A DNA stretch of 64,000 nt from Schmidtea nova. Lineage: Eukaryota. Position 1 is the stretch's first letter. Each line of letters begins with the position of its first letter. The position numbers and the translations under genes are program-made. The stretch lies in assembly GCA_044892505.1 (NCBI GenBank), contig CM097883.1, forward strand, positions 391,406,001-391,470,000, in the 5' to 3' direction. Below the pieces are notes generated by a model. That model had not been told where the DNA came from. It worked only from the letters and a program-made list of their open reading frames with translations, and did not search any database. Shown here piece after piece: positions 28,301 through 42,000 of the stretch.

Positions 28301-29559
28301 CAGTATCTTTAGTACAGTAAAGAGTCATTGACAAACTTGAACTACCATTAGACTAAGGGACTCAATACAACTATGGTTGCTTTTAAAGATTGATTTTTAT
28401 CCATAAAATATTTTTTACATGACATATAAATTGCCTACTGTCACAAATTTTGATTGACGCTTCCATTGACGTCTAGGAATCTTTGTGTTTTTTTCATGGA
28501 ATTTTAATATGGGCAAAGTAACCTTCCTTAGCCAAATATGGTAAAAGCTGACCTTGCATTTGTTTATCTGGCAATAACGTTTTTTCCACCTATGATTCAC
28601 TCGCATATTCTCTGTGAATCCTAGAAACTTTATTTTGTCATGATTTGGTTCTTCAATATTATTTGTATAAGGCCGACTCAACGTTTTTTCGTCAATTAGA
28701 TATCTTTCAAAATACACATAATTTTTAGTAAAATATAATTAGAAAACCAAATAAACTTTTAAATCTCTTTTAGCATGATGAAAATAATAGTGCAACGGCA
28801 AATATTCGTTGATCTTTATCGATATAAAGGAATTTTTTATCTTTATATTTCTATTTATTTTCAGAATGCTTTACTCCTTTACAAAGACGTTTAGTCCCCA
28901 TACTCTTAATAATTTATATGATGCTTATAAATCAATTATAACTTAATTAATTTAATTTAGGATGCATCCTGAAGCTATTTGAAAAGGATACAGAAGTCAT
29001 AGATTTATATGAAATCATAAATTATTTTAGAATACAAAAGTTTGTTATTATATTGTGTGAAAAGTATTCNNNNNNNNNNNNNNNNNNNNNNNNNNNNNNN
29101 NNNNNNNNNNNNNNNNNNNNNNNNNNNNNNNNNNNNNNNNNNNNNNNNNNNNNNNNNNNNNNNNNNNNNNNNNNNNNNNNNNNNNNNNNNNNNNNNNNNN
29201 NNNNNNNNNNNNNNNNNNNNNNNNNNNNNNNNNNNNNNNNNNNNNNNNNNNNNNNNNNNNNNNNNNNNNNNNNNNNNNNNNNNNNNNNNNNNNNNNNNNN
29301 NNNNNNNNNNNNNNNNNNNNNNNNNNNNNNNNNNNNNNNNNNNNNNNNNNNNNNNNNNNNNNNNNNNNNNNNNNNNNNNNNNNNNNNNNNNNNNNNNNNN
29401 NNAAATCCGATAAATTAAAGATAAAAAAGTTATTAAAAATACCATGGAATTATTCTATTTTATTGTTGTAAAATGCTGAGAAAGGAGTGTAAAATATGCT
29501 TTATATATTTAACATATGTGATATTGAAGGAGAACAGTAGTAGTATGAAGGTAGCTATC

Positions 29560-31320
29560 TAGACCAACAACTTCGCCGACATTTTTAATTTTAAAAAATT
29601 CAGAAAATTGTGAAAAATGTTTTAGTCAGCTTAAAGAAGCCTTAACACAAGCTCATATTCTTGATTTCCCTCATATAGATCGGAAATTTATTTTGGATAC
29701 TGATGCCAGTTTGAAGCTATTGGAGCAGTTTTGAGTCAAATAAAAGAAGATGTTTCAGAAATAGTTATCGCATACGGTTCAATAAATCTGACGGTCCATG
29801 AAAAGGGATACTGCGTAACCAGGAAAAAGTTATTGGCGTTGCATGAGTATGTTTTATATTTTAGACATTATTTATACGGGAAAAAATTCGTGGTCCGAAC
29901 AGATCACAAGGCTTTAGTATTTATGAACACGAACAAAAACGCATTTAGTCCAGAATTTCAGACATGAATGGCTAATCTATCGGAATACGATTTCCAATTG
30001 AAATACCGGAAAGGTGAAGAACATGCAAACGCAGATGGATTATCAAAGATCGGGGGTAGTTTGTGAACAATGTCAGATAGCACATGTACAACATAAACAA
30101 GAAAGATCAAGAGTAAGATATATTAATTTAATACAAAGATCACAGACAATGTTAGAGATTATGGAAGAACAGAAGAAAGATAAATTGTTCCAGGATGCGA
30201 TGGAAATTCTTAGGAATCAGATAGATGTTCGGAAGTAATCGTTTCAAAATAGTTTTTTATTTAGATATAAAGATCGGTTAAAGATATCGGATGATATTCT
30301 TGTATTGGAAACAGACAAAATAGATCTAGTGGTAATCCAAAAAAGCTAGCAATATAAATTAGTGATTAAAATACATGAAGATTTATGTCACGTTGGAATT
30401 AAGAAACTGTTTCATTATTTGGAAGGGAGTTCTTTCTTGCCGAAAAGGCAAGAAACCGTAAAAGAGATAGTAAAACGATGTGTCACATGTAGAAGAAGGA
30501 AAATAGACCAAGGAAAGGCAAAGGAAATTTTAATTCTACACTAAAGTTCTGAATTTCTAGAACAGATTGTTATGGATGTTGCTGCCATGGAGAGAACTTC
30601 AACCAACAAAAGGTATTTTATCATTATTATTGATGGTTTTAGCAAATTAGTAAGTCTAACGGCTACAGCAAACCAAGATGAAAAAACCTATTTTGAAGAC
30701 GATAATGAACAATTGGATTTACAAATATGATAAACCTCAAAGTATGTTGACGGACAGTGCGAAATTTTGAAAGGAAAAATTTGAAGGAAAAATTAGAACA
30801 ATTCGCTACGTTGTATCAACATCAGTCGAATGGCTTAGTGAAAAGGGCTATCAGAACAATGAGAGCTTTAATTGTGATTACTATGAAAGGGGAATGTGCT
30901 GAAAAACAGTGGCACAAACTGCTGCCTCGAATTCAGTATAAATGCAACTTATCAAAGTGCTACAAAATTTTCACCATTTGAGATAGTATATGGACAGAAA
31001 ATAACATTACATATTAATTCTAGACTCAAACATCAAGTACGAAATATTTCAGAAGAAGCACAAATGAATAATAAACAAGCTGCTCAAAAGATGATGAAAT
31101 TCGAGGACGAAAAAAGAATTAAACGACATATTGAAGGGGGGAGGTACTTGTATGACGAGAACCACATAAAAGAAACAGAAATGATATTCAATATGATAGT
31201 TCACATAAAATTCTTAGATTTATGTCAGATTACCAAGTTGAATTGCAATATTCAAATACAACGAGGCACTTACGAATCGAATGGTTAGAGAGATGGCATC
31301 AATCTTAAGAAGGGGAGAGT
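29560..31320 (+). mobile_element. Ty3/Gypsy relic, 5'-truncated (RNase H, integrase, PPT)
   Basis: FILDTDAS, RKKLLAL...FVVRTDHKAL (RNase H); HEDLCH...CVTC (HHCC); HQSNGLVKRAIRT (degenerate integrase E motif); purine tract AAGAAGGGGAGAG at about 31307-31319. Many frameshifts. Confidence 0.85.
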
Positions 31321-32118
31321 AATAATATTGCATTAGATGCCAAAGACCAAATGTGAAGCAGTTCAGAATATATTACATAATTCAACCACTGTGTTAGTTA
31401 TTGCGCAATATACATGACTATTTAAGAATGATCACCCTGTTTTGATATTAAATAAATCTTTAGATGGAACCGATTTTTGTAACTCCAGTATTAACCATTG
31501 ACCTAATATATTAAAAGTAATTATAATAAATAATAAAACATTTAAGAAATAATAATAAAATGTAATTGCAATAATTAATAGTAATAATTAAAAAAATATT
31601 ATAAATTAATAAAAATAATAACAAAACTTATGAGAAATAAAATTTCCGCATTCAAAATGACTAATTTAAAATCAAAAGAGAGGGAGAAACTGATCATTTG
31701 TTGACTTAGCAAATATTTTAATTTCACCACCATTTTGACAAATAAACAAAATGACCAATATTTAGATGGTCGATTCAAAATGGCTGATAATATTGTAGTT
31801 TTTAACACCATTTGAATCTTAAAATTTAAAATGACGAAAAAATTGACCTTAAATTTCAAAAAAGCAAATCATTTTGATCTTTAATTTCAAAATAGCGAAA
31901 AAATATAACTTTAAATTCAAAATGGCTGACATTTGAATCATTAATTTATAACAAGAACTATTTACTTCATGACCTATACACGTTAGAATGGTTCCAATAT
32001 CACTTGCATTGCGTTTGTAGGGTGACATGCTATCTGTACAGATTTAAGAAGGGTTCACTTCCGGTCACCAAAACCTTTTAAATTAAAAATTATTAATTGT
32101 TCCAAAAACTTGATTTAG

Positions 32119-35100
32119 GTTGGCCGAAAATGTGAATCATAAAATATTAGAAAATACTGAGTCTGTTGACTATGGAAAGGCTATCATTTCAATATCAAAA
32201 TCTGTGATTGTCTTCTTTCTTCTCATTCCATATGGAATTTGTGATTCACAAGTAACAATTTTTACAATATTCTAATTCGAGTTGACCGCATAATTCAGGA
32301 GCAGTATGCTTATGAGTTCCAGTCAAATAGTTTGAATCAGTCAAACTATCTATCCAGCCATCTTGTAAGTTTATTATCCCTTCTGCTTTTTAACTCATTC
32401 AAATCAGATTACTTAGCAGTGAAATTAAATTGACACCAAAAGAAAATACTAAAAGTTACTTTTGTTAGTAGCATGTTCAAAAGCGAAGATAAAATATTTT
32501 CCACCCAGGGATGAACTATGACATTGGTACCGTCAGTAGGTATATGTTGGTTTTGAGGCTAAAAGGTTGCCCAACTTTGCTTTGTGTTCTTGTGCTTTTT
32601 ATGTACATATTTAAAATATCTTCATGACAACTGCTTTGTAAAATATACACAAACACAAACATAAAAAATTACATGGTCAAATACAATAAATATTAAACTA
32701 AATATTTTATTTATTTATTCACTTTATCTATTATCCTTTTTATGTGTTATCTTATGTGTTATCGTGAGCTTTGAATTCGCTTTTTTTTGTGAGCATATAA
32801 TATTTGGAGTATTAAAACAAGATTTTTTTTCAGTTCTACCAGCCCAACACCAGTAAAAATTTTTAAAAGCTTATTAATATAATTATTCAGACAACCTGGG
32901 GTTATTTTGTATAAATCGAATGATTGATCTAAATATTTCATTAAATAAATTACTAATTAAAAATTTCATACATGTATTTTGTTTTCTTGATTTTTATGCG
33001 AATAATATGTTAGTTAATTCTAATGTAACCATGCATTTATAGAACCTAAGAACTATATAATTAGATATTAATTAATACAATAGATTTTGAAATGAATTTT
33101 ATCATTAGATTGATCAACTGTGTCGTTCAATGGTTCAGTTGTTCAGGGGTTAAAAAGAAGGACGGGCGTGTGGGAGTGGGAAATACATGTGACACACATT
33201 GAGAGTGGAGTAGTAAGCGTGTAGTCATTATGTAAATAAGTAACCCTGTGTTTAAGTGGGTAGGTGTGTCACCTCTTTGCAACCAAAGGTCAATGTGACA
33301 GAAGGGTCAAAGGTCAGACATGATGTAACAAAGTAAAGATCAAATTGGGATAAAAGAAACGTATGACGTAATAGATTAAATGTCAAATATTATATAATAG
33401 GTCAATGAGTACATCATATACCAAATGTGAATTACTACATAATAGGCCTATTGTATAGAGTTTTAGTAATACGTTACACTTTGGGGAGTACTGTATCTAA
33501 CGGGGACATCTTACTACATTGGCTGAACTAAAATATTTCTCAAAAATATGTAATGTTTGTTTTAATAATACTAAATTAAAATCTCAGAAATTTTTGGATT
33601 GTTTTGAAAAGAAATATATTATTGATTTAGTTTTAATATATCGAGAACATTTAAATAATTTAAAAAACTTAAAGTAAATCATAACTACCGAGTTATTAAC
33701 ATTGTCATTAGAAAGAATCTTCATAATCCGTTCAACTATAACCAGAATATTTTCTGAATTATGCACCCTTCCAATTTACTTATTCTTCCGTCGAGTAGTT
33801 TATTTTTTTCTCAGTTTCAGTATATCACGATCTTACGTTTACACTTCTAAAAATTTGAAGATCAACTTGCCCTTATTTCTAAGCTATGATTCGAAAATTT
33901 ACAAGTAATTTTTAATGAATTGAAAACTTTGAGAAGGGGTCTGCTCTTGTTTTCATGTTTCGTTTCAAATATTTCCAAGTTAACTTTGTTCTTCAAAATA
34001 TTTATGTAGGGACCTGTACATATTTCCTATTGAAATCCCTAAGAATTCCAATAAAAATTTTCCTTTGTGTAAATCGTTAATATTCCCCAATTATCTAATT
34101 TTCAATGTTAATAGGCCAAATACAACTGGCAAAGATAATCATCCTTTTAGAAGCTTATTTTATCTCAGCTGAAGAATTTTAATGGCTGCTCGAATAATCC
34201 TCAAGGCCATTCTAGGGCACTGTATGAGGCACATTGTTGAAGCCCAGGTAGTACTCGAATGAACTCAATATAATTTATTTGAAAAATATCTTTGAAATAT
34301 GTAAACCAACAGTAAGAAGTTAAAAAGTTTAAATAAGTATTAACATGAACAAATTAGAAAATTTTTTATTTCTTTGAAAAATATTTTAGATAGTTTGTTT
34401 GCACAGATTTTTCTTTCTTCTTTTCTTAAAGAATTAATTTGTATGGAAGAACACCCTTTTCAATGATTCGGCAAATTTGCATGCCACACTCGATTTCGAT
34501 TAATAAGAAACTTATTTGCAGTTTGGTTTGGCATAATTAAGCACAATTTTAATTGCGCATTCATAAATTTCAAATATAGTTAACTTTTTTTAAAAAAAAC
34601 GAACTAATTCAAATTTTTGATCAGCTCTAATTGGGAATTGATAACTAATAAAAAACCGTACTAAATCGAATACCGCCCTAATCGATGGATTTCTGTACTT
34701 GATTCCACAGACTGGCATACAATACTTAAAGGTTTGACAGAGCTCCATTTACTTAGGAAACTTAGCTGTTGACAATGTTGGCTAAATAAAATCTGCGTCG
34801 TATTTATACCGAATTATGTGTACAGGCACGCATTCTGTTGATGGGTTATATTTGATGTGTGCGGAATTTCTCTTGTAGCAGAGGAAATTTATAAAATTTT
34901 AAAACCTAAACATGAATTTATTTTTATCGATGGAAAAGGAATTTCTTTTAATTTTTAATAAATTTAATTATTTTGTAATTTTTTCTCTTTAATCGCAATA
35001 ACACAATGTATATATCCATCACACTGTTTTCTTAGGTGTTATCGTGCATTAAATTTGGTGTTTAATACATTCAAATATAATTCATTTTTAATTCTCTTTC

Positions 35101-35962
35101 TGCTATTTTACTGATATTTTGATGTGAATTTTTTTCAATAATTCTTATTTAATTATTTTCTAATTTTTAGAACTAATTTTATGCTTTTGATACGCTTTTG
35201 ATACGCTTTTATATATATTTTTAAAGTTTTCTCAGTATATTTGGTCGCGGTCCTTTGTTTTTATATTCGACTTGTAAATAAATTGTGCTCATCTCTTGAG
35301 ATATTTCTTTTTATCGTTTTCCTATCGTGACAATCTTACCAAATGCGTGTTTATATTCCCAATATGTTGGTGCCTGCAACATCTTGTAAGATTTATATAT
35401 TTGCGTTTAACTAACCGCATGCATTATGTTCTTGATCTGATTAATTATAGCGTATTTCAAATTAACTACTTGCAGTTGCACCCCTAACCCCTGATAACTG
35501 AAATATTATTTTAAAAAATCTTTTATCCGGGTGCATAGTTATGCTCAAGCCATGACACAATTGAATGAGAATTTTTAAACTTTTTATTAAACATTCATAT
35601 TTTCATATCAAAAGATAATTTTTCCAGAGACTAACGGACTCTTTAAAGCAGCGGATTAGCATTCTGCAAGACCTGTACGCTCAGCATGCACAATTTAACG
35701 TAAAATTGAGTAAAATGCATTTTTAAAAATATATTTATTCAGCTGATTTTCAAGCACTGATCACTTAATTAATAGATTATATTTATTATCATTATACATT
35801 GGATACTCCATTTTTACTAAATATAAATATAGTTAAATATAGTTAAATTTCTGACAATCCAAATTTCATGTGACACATGATGTCAATAAAAATTGATATA
35901 TAATTATGAAATAAAAAATTTTCAAAAGGTTTAATAATATTAATATTAATAACAAAAACAAT

Positions 35963-36033
<71 letters not shown>

Positions 36034-39000
36034 CAATAATTCTCATAATGACTATAGATCAAATTTTTTTTTATAAACAATAACACAATATTTCGGCACA
36101 GCCTTTATCACTTGATAAAGGCTGTGCCGAAATATTGTGTTATTGTTTATAAAAAAAAATTTGATCTATAGTCATTATGAGAATTATTGATAATAATAAT
36201 AAAAAAAGATCAAANNNNNNNNNNNNNNNNNNNNNNNNNNNNNNNNNNNNNNNNNNNNNNNNNNNNNNNNNNNNNNNNNNNNNNNNNNNNNNNNNNNNNN
36301 NNNNNNNNNNNNNNNNNNNNNNNNNNNNNNNNNNNNNNNNNNNNNNNNNNNNNNNNNGTTAGCACAGTTTATAAATATAATAATAAGGTAAAAATATTAA
36401 GTCTTTTGTCCAGAATGTTTTTTTGACAAATAATTTTTTTTATTAATCTTCAGCAAAATACAACAATTAAAAATCTTTAAAAAATTAAAACATTATATAT
36501 AAATTCAAAATCTTTTTTAATTAAATTGTTGGAATGGTAGAAGTGAAATACAAATTTTCTATTAATTTATTGAAATATAAGTACACACAAAAAGGGGCGA
36601 ATGCAAAGCTCACGATAACACATAAGAGTATTAAGCAGTAAAATAGCACAAGAAGAATACTACATCGCAAATAATCACAGATAGTAGGTATTCGAACTAC
36701 AAAATTTGATTGCAGGTCAAATTTCCATACGAAAATCTATTAGACAATTCAAAAGGAATGATTATGGATAGTATGACAAAGTATGATCAATGTATGAAAA
36801 TATTATCAAAATAAAGAGAATAATTTATTAAAAATAATAGTAGAAATACCCATTAAATATCATTAATATCACAGAATTAAATTAACAGTGGCACGATAAA
36901 GCACATTGTTTTTGCAATTTAAATAGAAAAAGTTAGACGAATAAATAAAATTAATTAAAATCAAATAGTATCAAGTAAATTATTAAATAAATCATTTATT
37001 GAGTAAGCATTCACAGTTAAATTCTCATTATTCAAATTTTGGTGAGAGAATGCGCTAGCGTATAAATAAAACAAATTGTATAAAAACAGACACTAAAAAA
37101 TAATAACTTAATTCATACTCTTAAGTAAGTACACTTACTATGTAATAAATAATGCAATAATTTTATCACGTAATCAATGACATAATACTAAAAAATTTGA
37201 CTATTAATTTTATTTTATTTTACATAATTTTTTTAAAACCTTTCAAATTTATTATTTTTTCGAAATATTTAACAAATTAAGAAAAACAAGGAAAATTTTA
37301 AAAATGCGCGGACATAGTTGACTCTCACAATTTCAAAAAATTTTCTCAGAATTCAAAAATCTTTATACACATCTATTGAGAACTGAATGGCAAACAAAAA
37401 ATGATAAAAAAAGTCATGATTTGAAAAATTGGTCTCTAACAAATGTTTAAACGTAAAATGAGTTGACTCATAAATTTTTATACCAAAATACTGAAAATTG
37501 AATGGTGAACAATGAAAGACTTGATAAAACATATAAATTATAAAATACATCAAAGACACAAAGTATTTTAAAAGAAATTTTTATTCAAATAAAATATTGG
37601 ACTTCTGCGACATTTATTTTGAGTTTTAAATGTCCAAATAATACGTCTTTTGCATTTTGGCAACCGACTCCTGTCATTTGAAGTGATGGCAGCAAGTGCA
37701 TTCATTGGTTCACGAAACTCGCAATTTATGTTTGCATAAGACACAATTTTTGATACAGTTGACGCAAGCCCCAAGTAGAATATCATAATGCATTTCGAGC
37801 AACTCCTTTATATTGATATCAGTGAAATGGTATATTTTGTGTATCAACAATTCGGGGGCACAATAATCAAGATTACTTTGAATAGTCGAATACAACTCTT
37901 GAATCTTTTTGAGAACAACTTTGAACAAATATACTAAAGAACAAAAATAAATAAAAATGTTAAAAGAAACACGCTTTTACTTTTAGAGATTTTCAAATTT
38001 TTACAATCAAGGAATAACAATTAATGCAAACAAAATTTATTTAATTAATTAATGTATTTATTTCATTATTAATATTTTTCACATAATTTTTATAATCCAA
38101 AGTTTTGATTCCAATTATAAAAACTTTACCGCTAAAAAATATATTGACGCATACTGGATCAAATTTCTGTAGGCCTAATGCCGTGAATATTTCGGGTTCT
38201 AAACAACAATGGCATTTCTTTAATAATTCGTACAAATTATTAAATTTTCCAACATCGACCATCATGGTAATTGATTGAATCTCTAAATCTTTAATCTTGA
38301 ATTTCAAATCTCCTGGTTTTAACATTTGCTTGCATCCCTTTGTATTTCAACTTTACACAACAATGTCCTGATGATTTACATATCAGAACTGATCTTTTTA
38401 ATGAAAAAGTTATAACAATTTATAAACAATATTGAGATTGTAAAATTAATTAATTAAAATGTCATTCAAAAAAGTTATTGTTCAACCCGTTATTGGTAAA
38501 ACCGATAAGCAAGAAAAATGAAAGTATTAAACCAGGTAAAGAAAATGTCATTATAGAAGATTTCGTTAAAAAAGAAATCAAAAAACAATATATTGAGAAA
38601 GAAGAAGAAATGGATTAAATTATAAACAAAACAAATTTGCAAAAGTTGAAATAATAATGAAAATTGAATGCAGTTTACTTTGCCTTAGTAAAGACTTCTA
38701 TTAATAAATATGTCAATTTTACAGGCTTTTCCTCCATTTGTTATTGATGATTTGCTTGAAGTAATTGTCAATATGATTCGTGATAATGTAAATATTAGTA
38801 AGGCCAAAAGATTAGTACTACAAAATCACAAAAGATCTCTTTTATCACTAGTCAACACTAAAAATATTAATCTTATGCGAAATATTATTTATAAAAAAAT
38901 GGTGGTTCCCTAGAAACATTAATTCCAATAGTATTATCAGCTAAGTGCAATTTCATCGTAAAATTAATTAATTGGATCTAACAATTTAATACCCGATAAG

Positions 39001-42000
39001 CATAATTTAGATTTAAATATAATAACATCTTGTTGTAACAATAAAGGAAATATTATCCAAAAAGAAAAATCAATTGAAAATGATTTGGATGAACCCAAAA
39101 AATTTCAATGGGTTTGCTGGGGTTAACAAAATTTCAAAAAGGGTAAATAATTCAAAGAAAGATACACAAAAATTTTTATTTGATCAATTGGCATATAGTT
39201 TAAATAAACCAATGTTGAAAAGATTTCCTACACATGATCATAAAACAATTGGTGTTGATGATTTGTGGCAAATGGATTTAATGGAAATGATACCTTCAAA
39301 AATAAATAATGGATACAAGTATATTTTGACTTGTATTGAAGGGTTCTAGTCATTATGCACGTGCAGTTCTAACAAAAACTAAATCTGCAAATGAAATGGC
39401 TGAAGATATAAAAACTTTATTTGCAGATGGACAACCTCGAAATTAAAAAACTGATTTGGGCAAGAGTATAATATAATTTAAATTAATTTTATTCTAGGTA
39501 AAGAATTTTATAATAGTAAAGTGTAAAAAGTTATCAAGGGTATTATTTTAACAATTCAGTATTTTCACAATTCAAGGCAGCTGTTGTTGAAATATTCAAT
39601 CGGACTCTAAGAGATAAATTGAAAAAAATATTGAAAGATCAATAAAGAAAAAGCCAAAGTATAAGATCTGTGATCATGTTAAAATTAGTAAAATCAATGG
39701 ATCCTTTTTAATCAAGAAATTCGACAATAATTGGAGCGATGAAGCTTATCAAATTTGAAAAATAAATATAAATCAGAACCCGGTCATGTACTTAATTACG
39801 GATCCTGAAAAAAATGAAATCAGTGGAAAATTCTATGAACAAGAGTTACAAGTCATTCCAGCCTTTCAGTATTTAGAATTCATAAGATTTAAACTCAGAA
39901 TGATTGGCAAATATAAACAATATCATGTTCAATGGCATGGGTATTAAACTCCCACTTGATTATCTGAAAACCAATTGATTAAATAAATATTATGAAAGAA
40001 AGTTAGTTTTATATAATTTTACGTAGTAATGCATGTCCTTTTATTTATCCTTATAATGATATTAGTAATTTTAATATAGAATTTCAAAACCCTATTTATT
40101 TAAATAATAATGACGATTGGGAAGTTGCTTTGATTGATTTACTTTTGTGTATAATCTATTCCCATATTATAGTAATTCTTTTATTAAAATTGAAAATAAA
40201 AGAGAAATTCAAGAAATAAATTATTTGAGAATCAATAACCAAAATAATTTCTCTGTCGTAAAACTCCGTATTTTTTAAAGACTTATGCATATATACTTTT
40301 TATAACCACTTTTTAAAACAAAGCTGTCATTTGTTTGAAATGTGATAGTTCAGTCTTAACTTTGCATAATAAACAAAAGAACTTGTATCCAAATAATTGA
40401 TGGGTCATAGTTTGCCCATCCCTGATCTAAACATACAGAATCCTAATTAAACAATCTTATAAGTTTTTCTAAAAGTTAGTGTATTTAATCAGTTTTGATG
40501 TTGAATTACATAACCTTAAATTCATAAACTAACTCGACTATTAAGATTCTCTACCGTTTTACCGTAGAGACTTTATTCAATAGTTTAGTAATTCTTATCT
40601 AAAGTCGTAGAAGAAGCTGCCTTAAGCTGAGTATTAGTGAGTATTAGTAATTTTAAAAAATTGTTTTCTGTTTATATTGAACTGCGCGATGAATCCTAAG
40701 TAGAAGTGAGCTCACGATGACTCATCATTTTAGGAAAAAACTTTGGTAATACTCCTTAGACAAAGACATATATAGACTAAAAATGTTGTCANNNNNNNNN
40801 NNNNNNNNNNNNNNNNNNNNNNNNNNNNNNNNNNNNNNNNNNNNNNNNNNNNNNNNNNNNNNNNNNNNNNNNNNNNNNNNNNNNNNNNNNNNNNNNNNNN
40901 NNNNNNNNNNNNNNNNNNNNNNNNNNNNNNNNNNNNNNNNNNNNNNNNNNNNNNNNNNNNNNNNNNNNNNNNNNNNNNNNNNNNNNNNNNNNNNNNNNNN
41001 NNNNNNNNNNNNNNNNNNNNNNNNNNNNNNNNNNNNNNNNNNNNNNNNNNNNNNNNNNNNNNNNNNNNNNNNNNNNNNNNNNNNNNNNNNNNNNNNNNNN
41101 NNNNNNNNNNNNNNAAATCAATATTAAAACGATTTAGTAAAATAATTTTAATATTTTATAAATATTTCAAAATTAGAAATCCAACTTTTGGTGTAACACA
41201 ATAACTTCCTTGACTGTGATGACCACATTACTAGTTTTGTTTGGTGCTAGATTTTTCAATGAAAAGAAATTCGATGAAATCTATTCAAACATTAAAGCAA
41301 AAATAATTGTGGGAAATTCCCTTATGATTATTTCCACTCTGATCTGTGGAGTGCTTGAAACTTTTCGCCTGAGCATGCTGTGGACTGTTAATAACTCCAC
41401 GGTTATACCAAATTATCAAGATGTAAAAATTGGTAAGTATTCATTAATTAATTTATTAATAATATTTAAAATAAAAATTGACATTAATTACCATTTAGAT
41501 AACTTCACTTACCATGTAGTGGATATTTCAGTATTTTGGATGGTTCCTCAAACTGTTCTGTTGAGTTTTAGTGAGGTCCTAATCATTCCAACTTGTAAGC
41601 TGATTATTTTTAATTTTCTCTGAAACTAGTTTCACAATTTCGACAAATGAAATTTAAGACATTATTTTCCGAAAATAAAAAATTGGGGAAGATTTATGAT
41701 TTATAAGTTTTGATCATTATTGACCAAAGATCGGCAACAGGAAGGCCCACAAACACATTTTTGGCGGTCCAAGTAAATGTGTATACACATATAATAAACG
41801 ATCCGTAACACGGTGCATTCATACAAAAACAAAAGTCCTACACGCTTGGTAAAGGCTGTGCAGAAATATTGCGTATTTATTTAAGGAAAATTTGATCTAT
41901 AGTCTTACCATTATGGGAATTATTGATATTAATATTAAAAAAGATCAAAGGTGAAACAAAAAGATAACTATGATATCTAATCTTTTGTTTTTTCTTGCTA

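Larger units (their letters stand above)
37568..40300. mobile_element. Decayed Polinton relic B, inverted relative to the intact element
   Basis: In order: homologue of the 57498 orphan (-, YCAPELL), TBP-like C-terminal half (-, 38041-38325), ATPase C-terminus (+, FTQQCPDDLHIRTDLFN), basic pX-like gene (+, LQAFPPFVIDDLL), integrase (+, WQMDLMEM) and penton start (+, DWEVAL). Lies in intron 32365-41176. Confidence 0.9.

Noticed and set aside
35843-36046. Poly-Ile ORF
   Set aside because: It is a translation of the (AAT)n microsatellite and the MITE arm.
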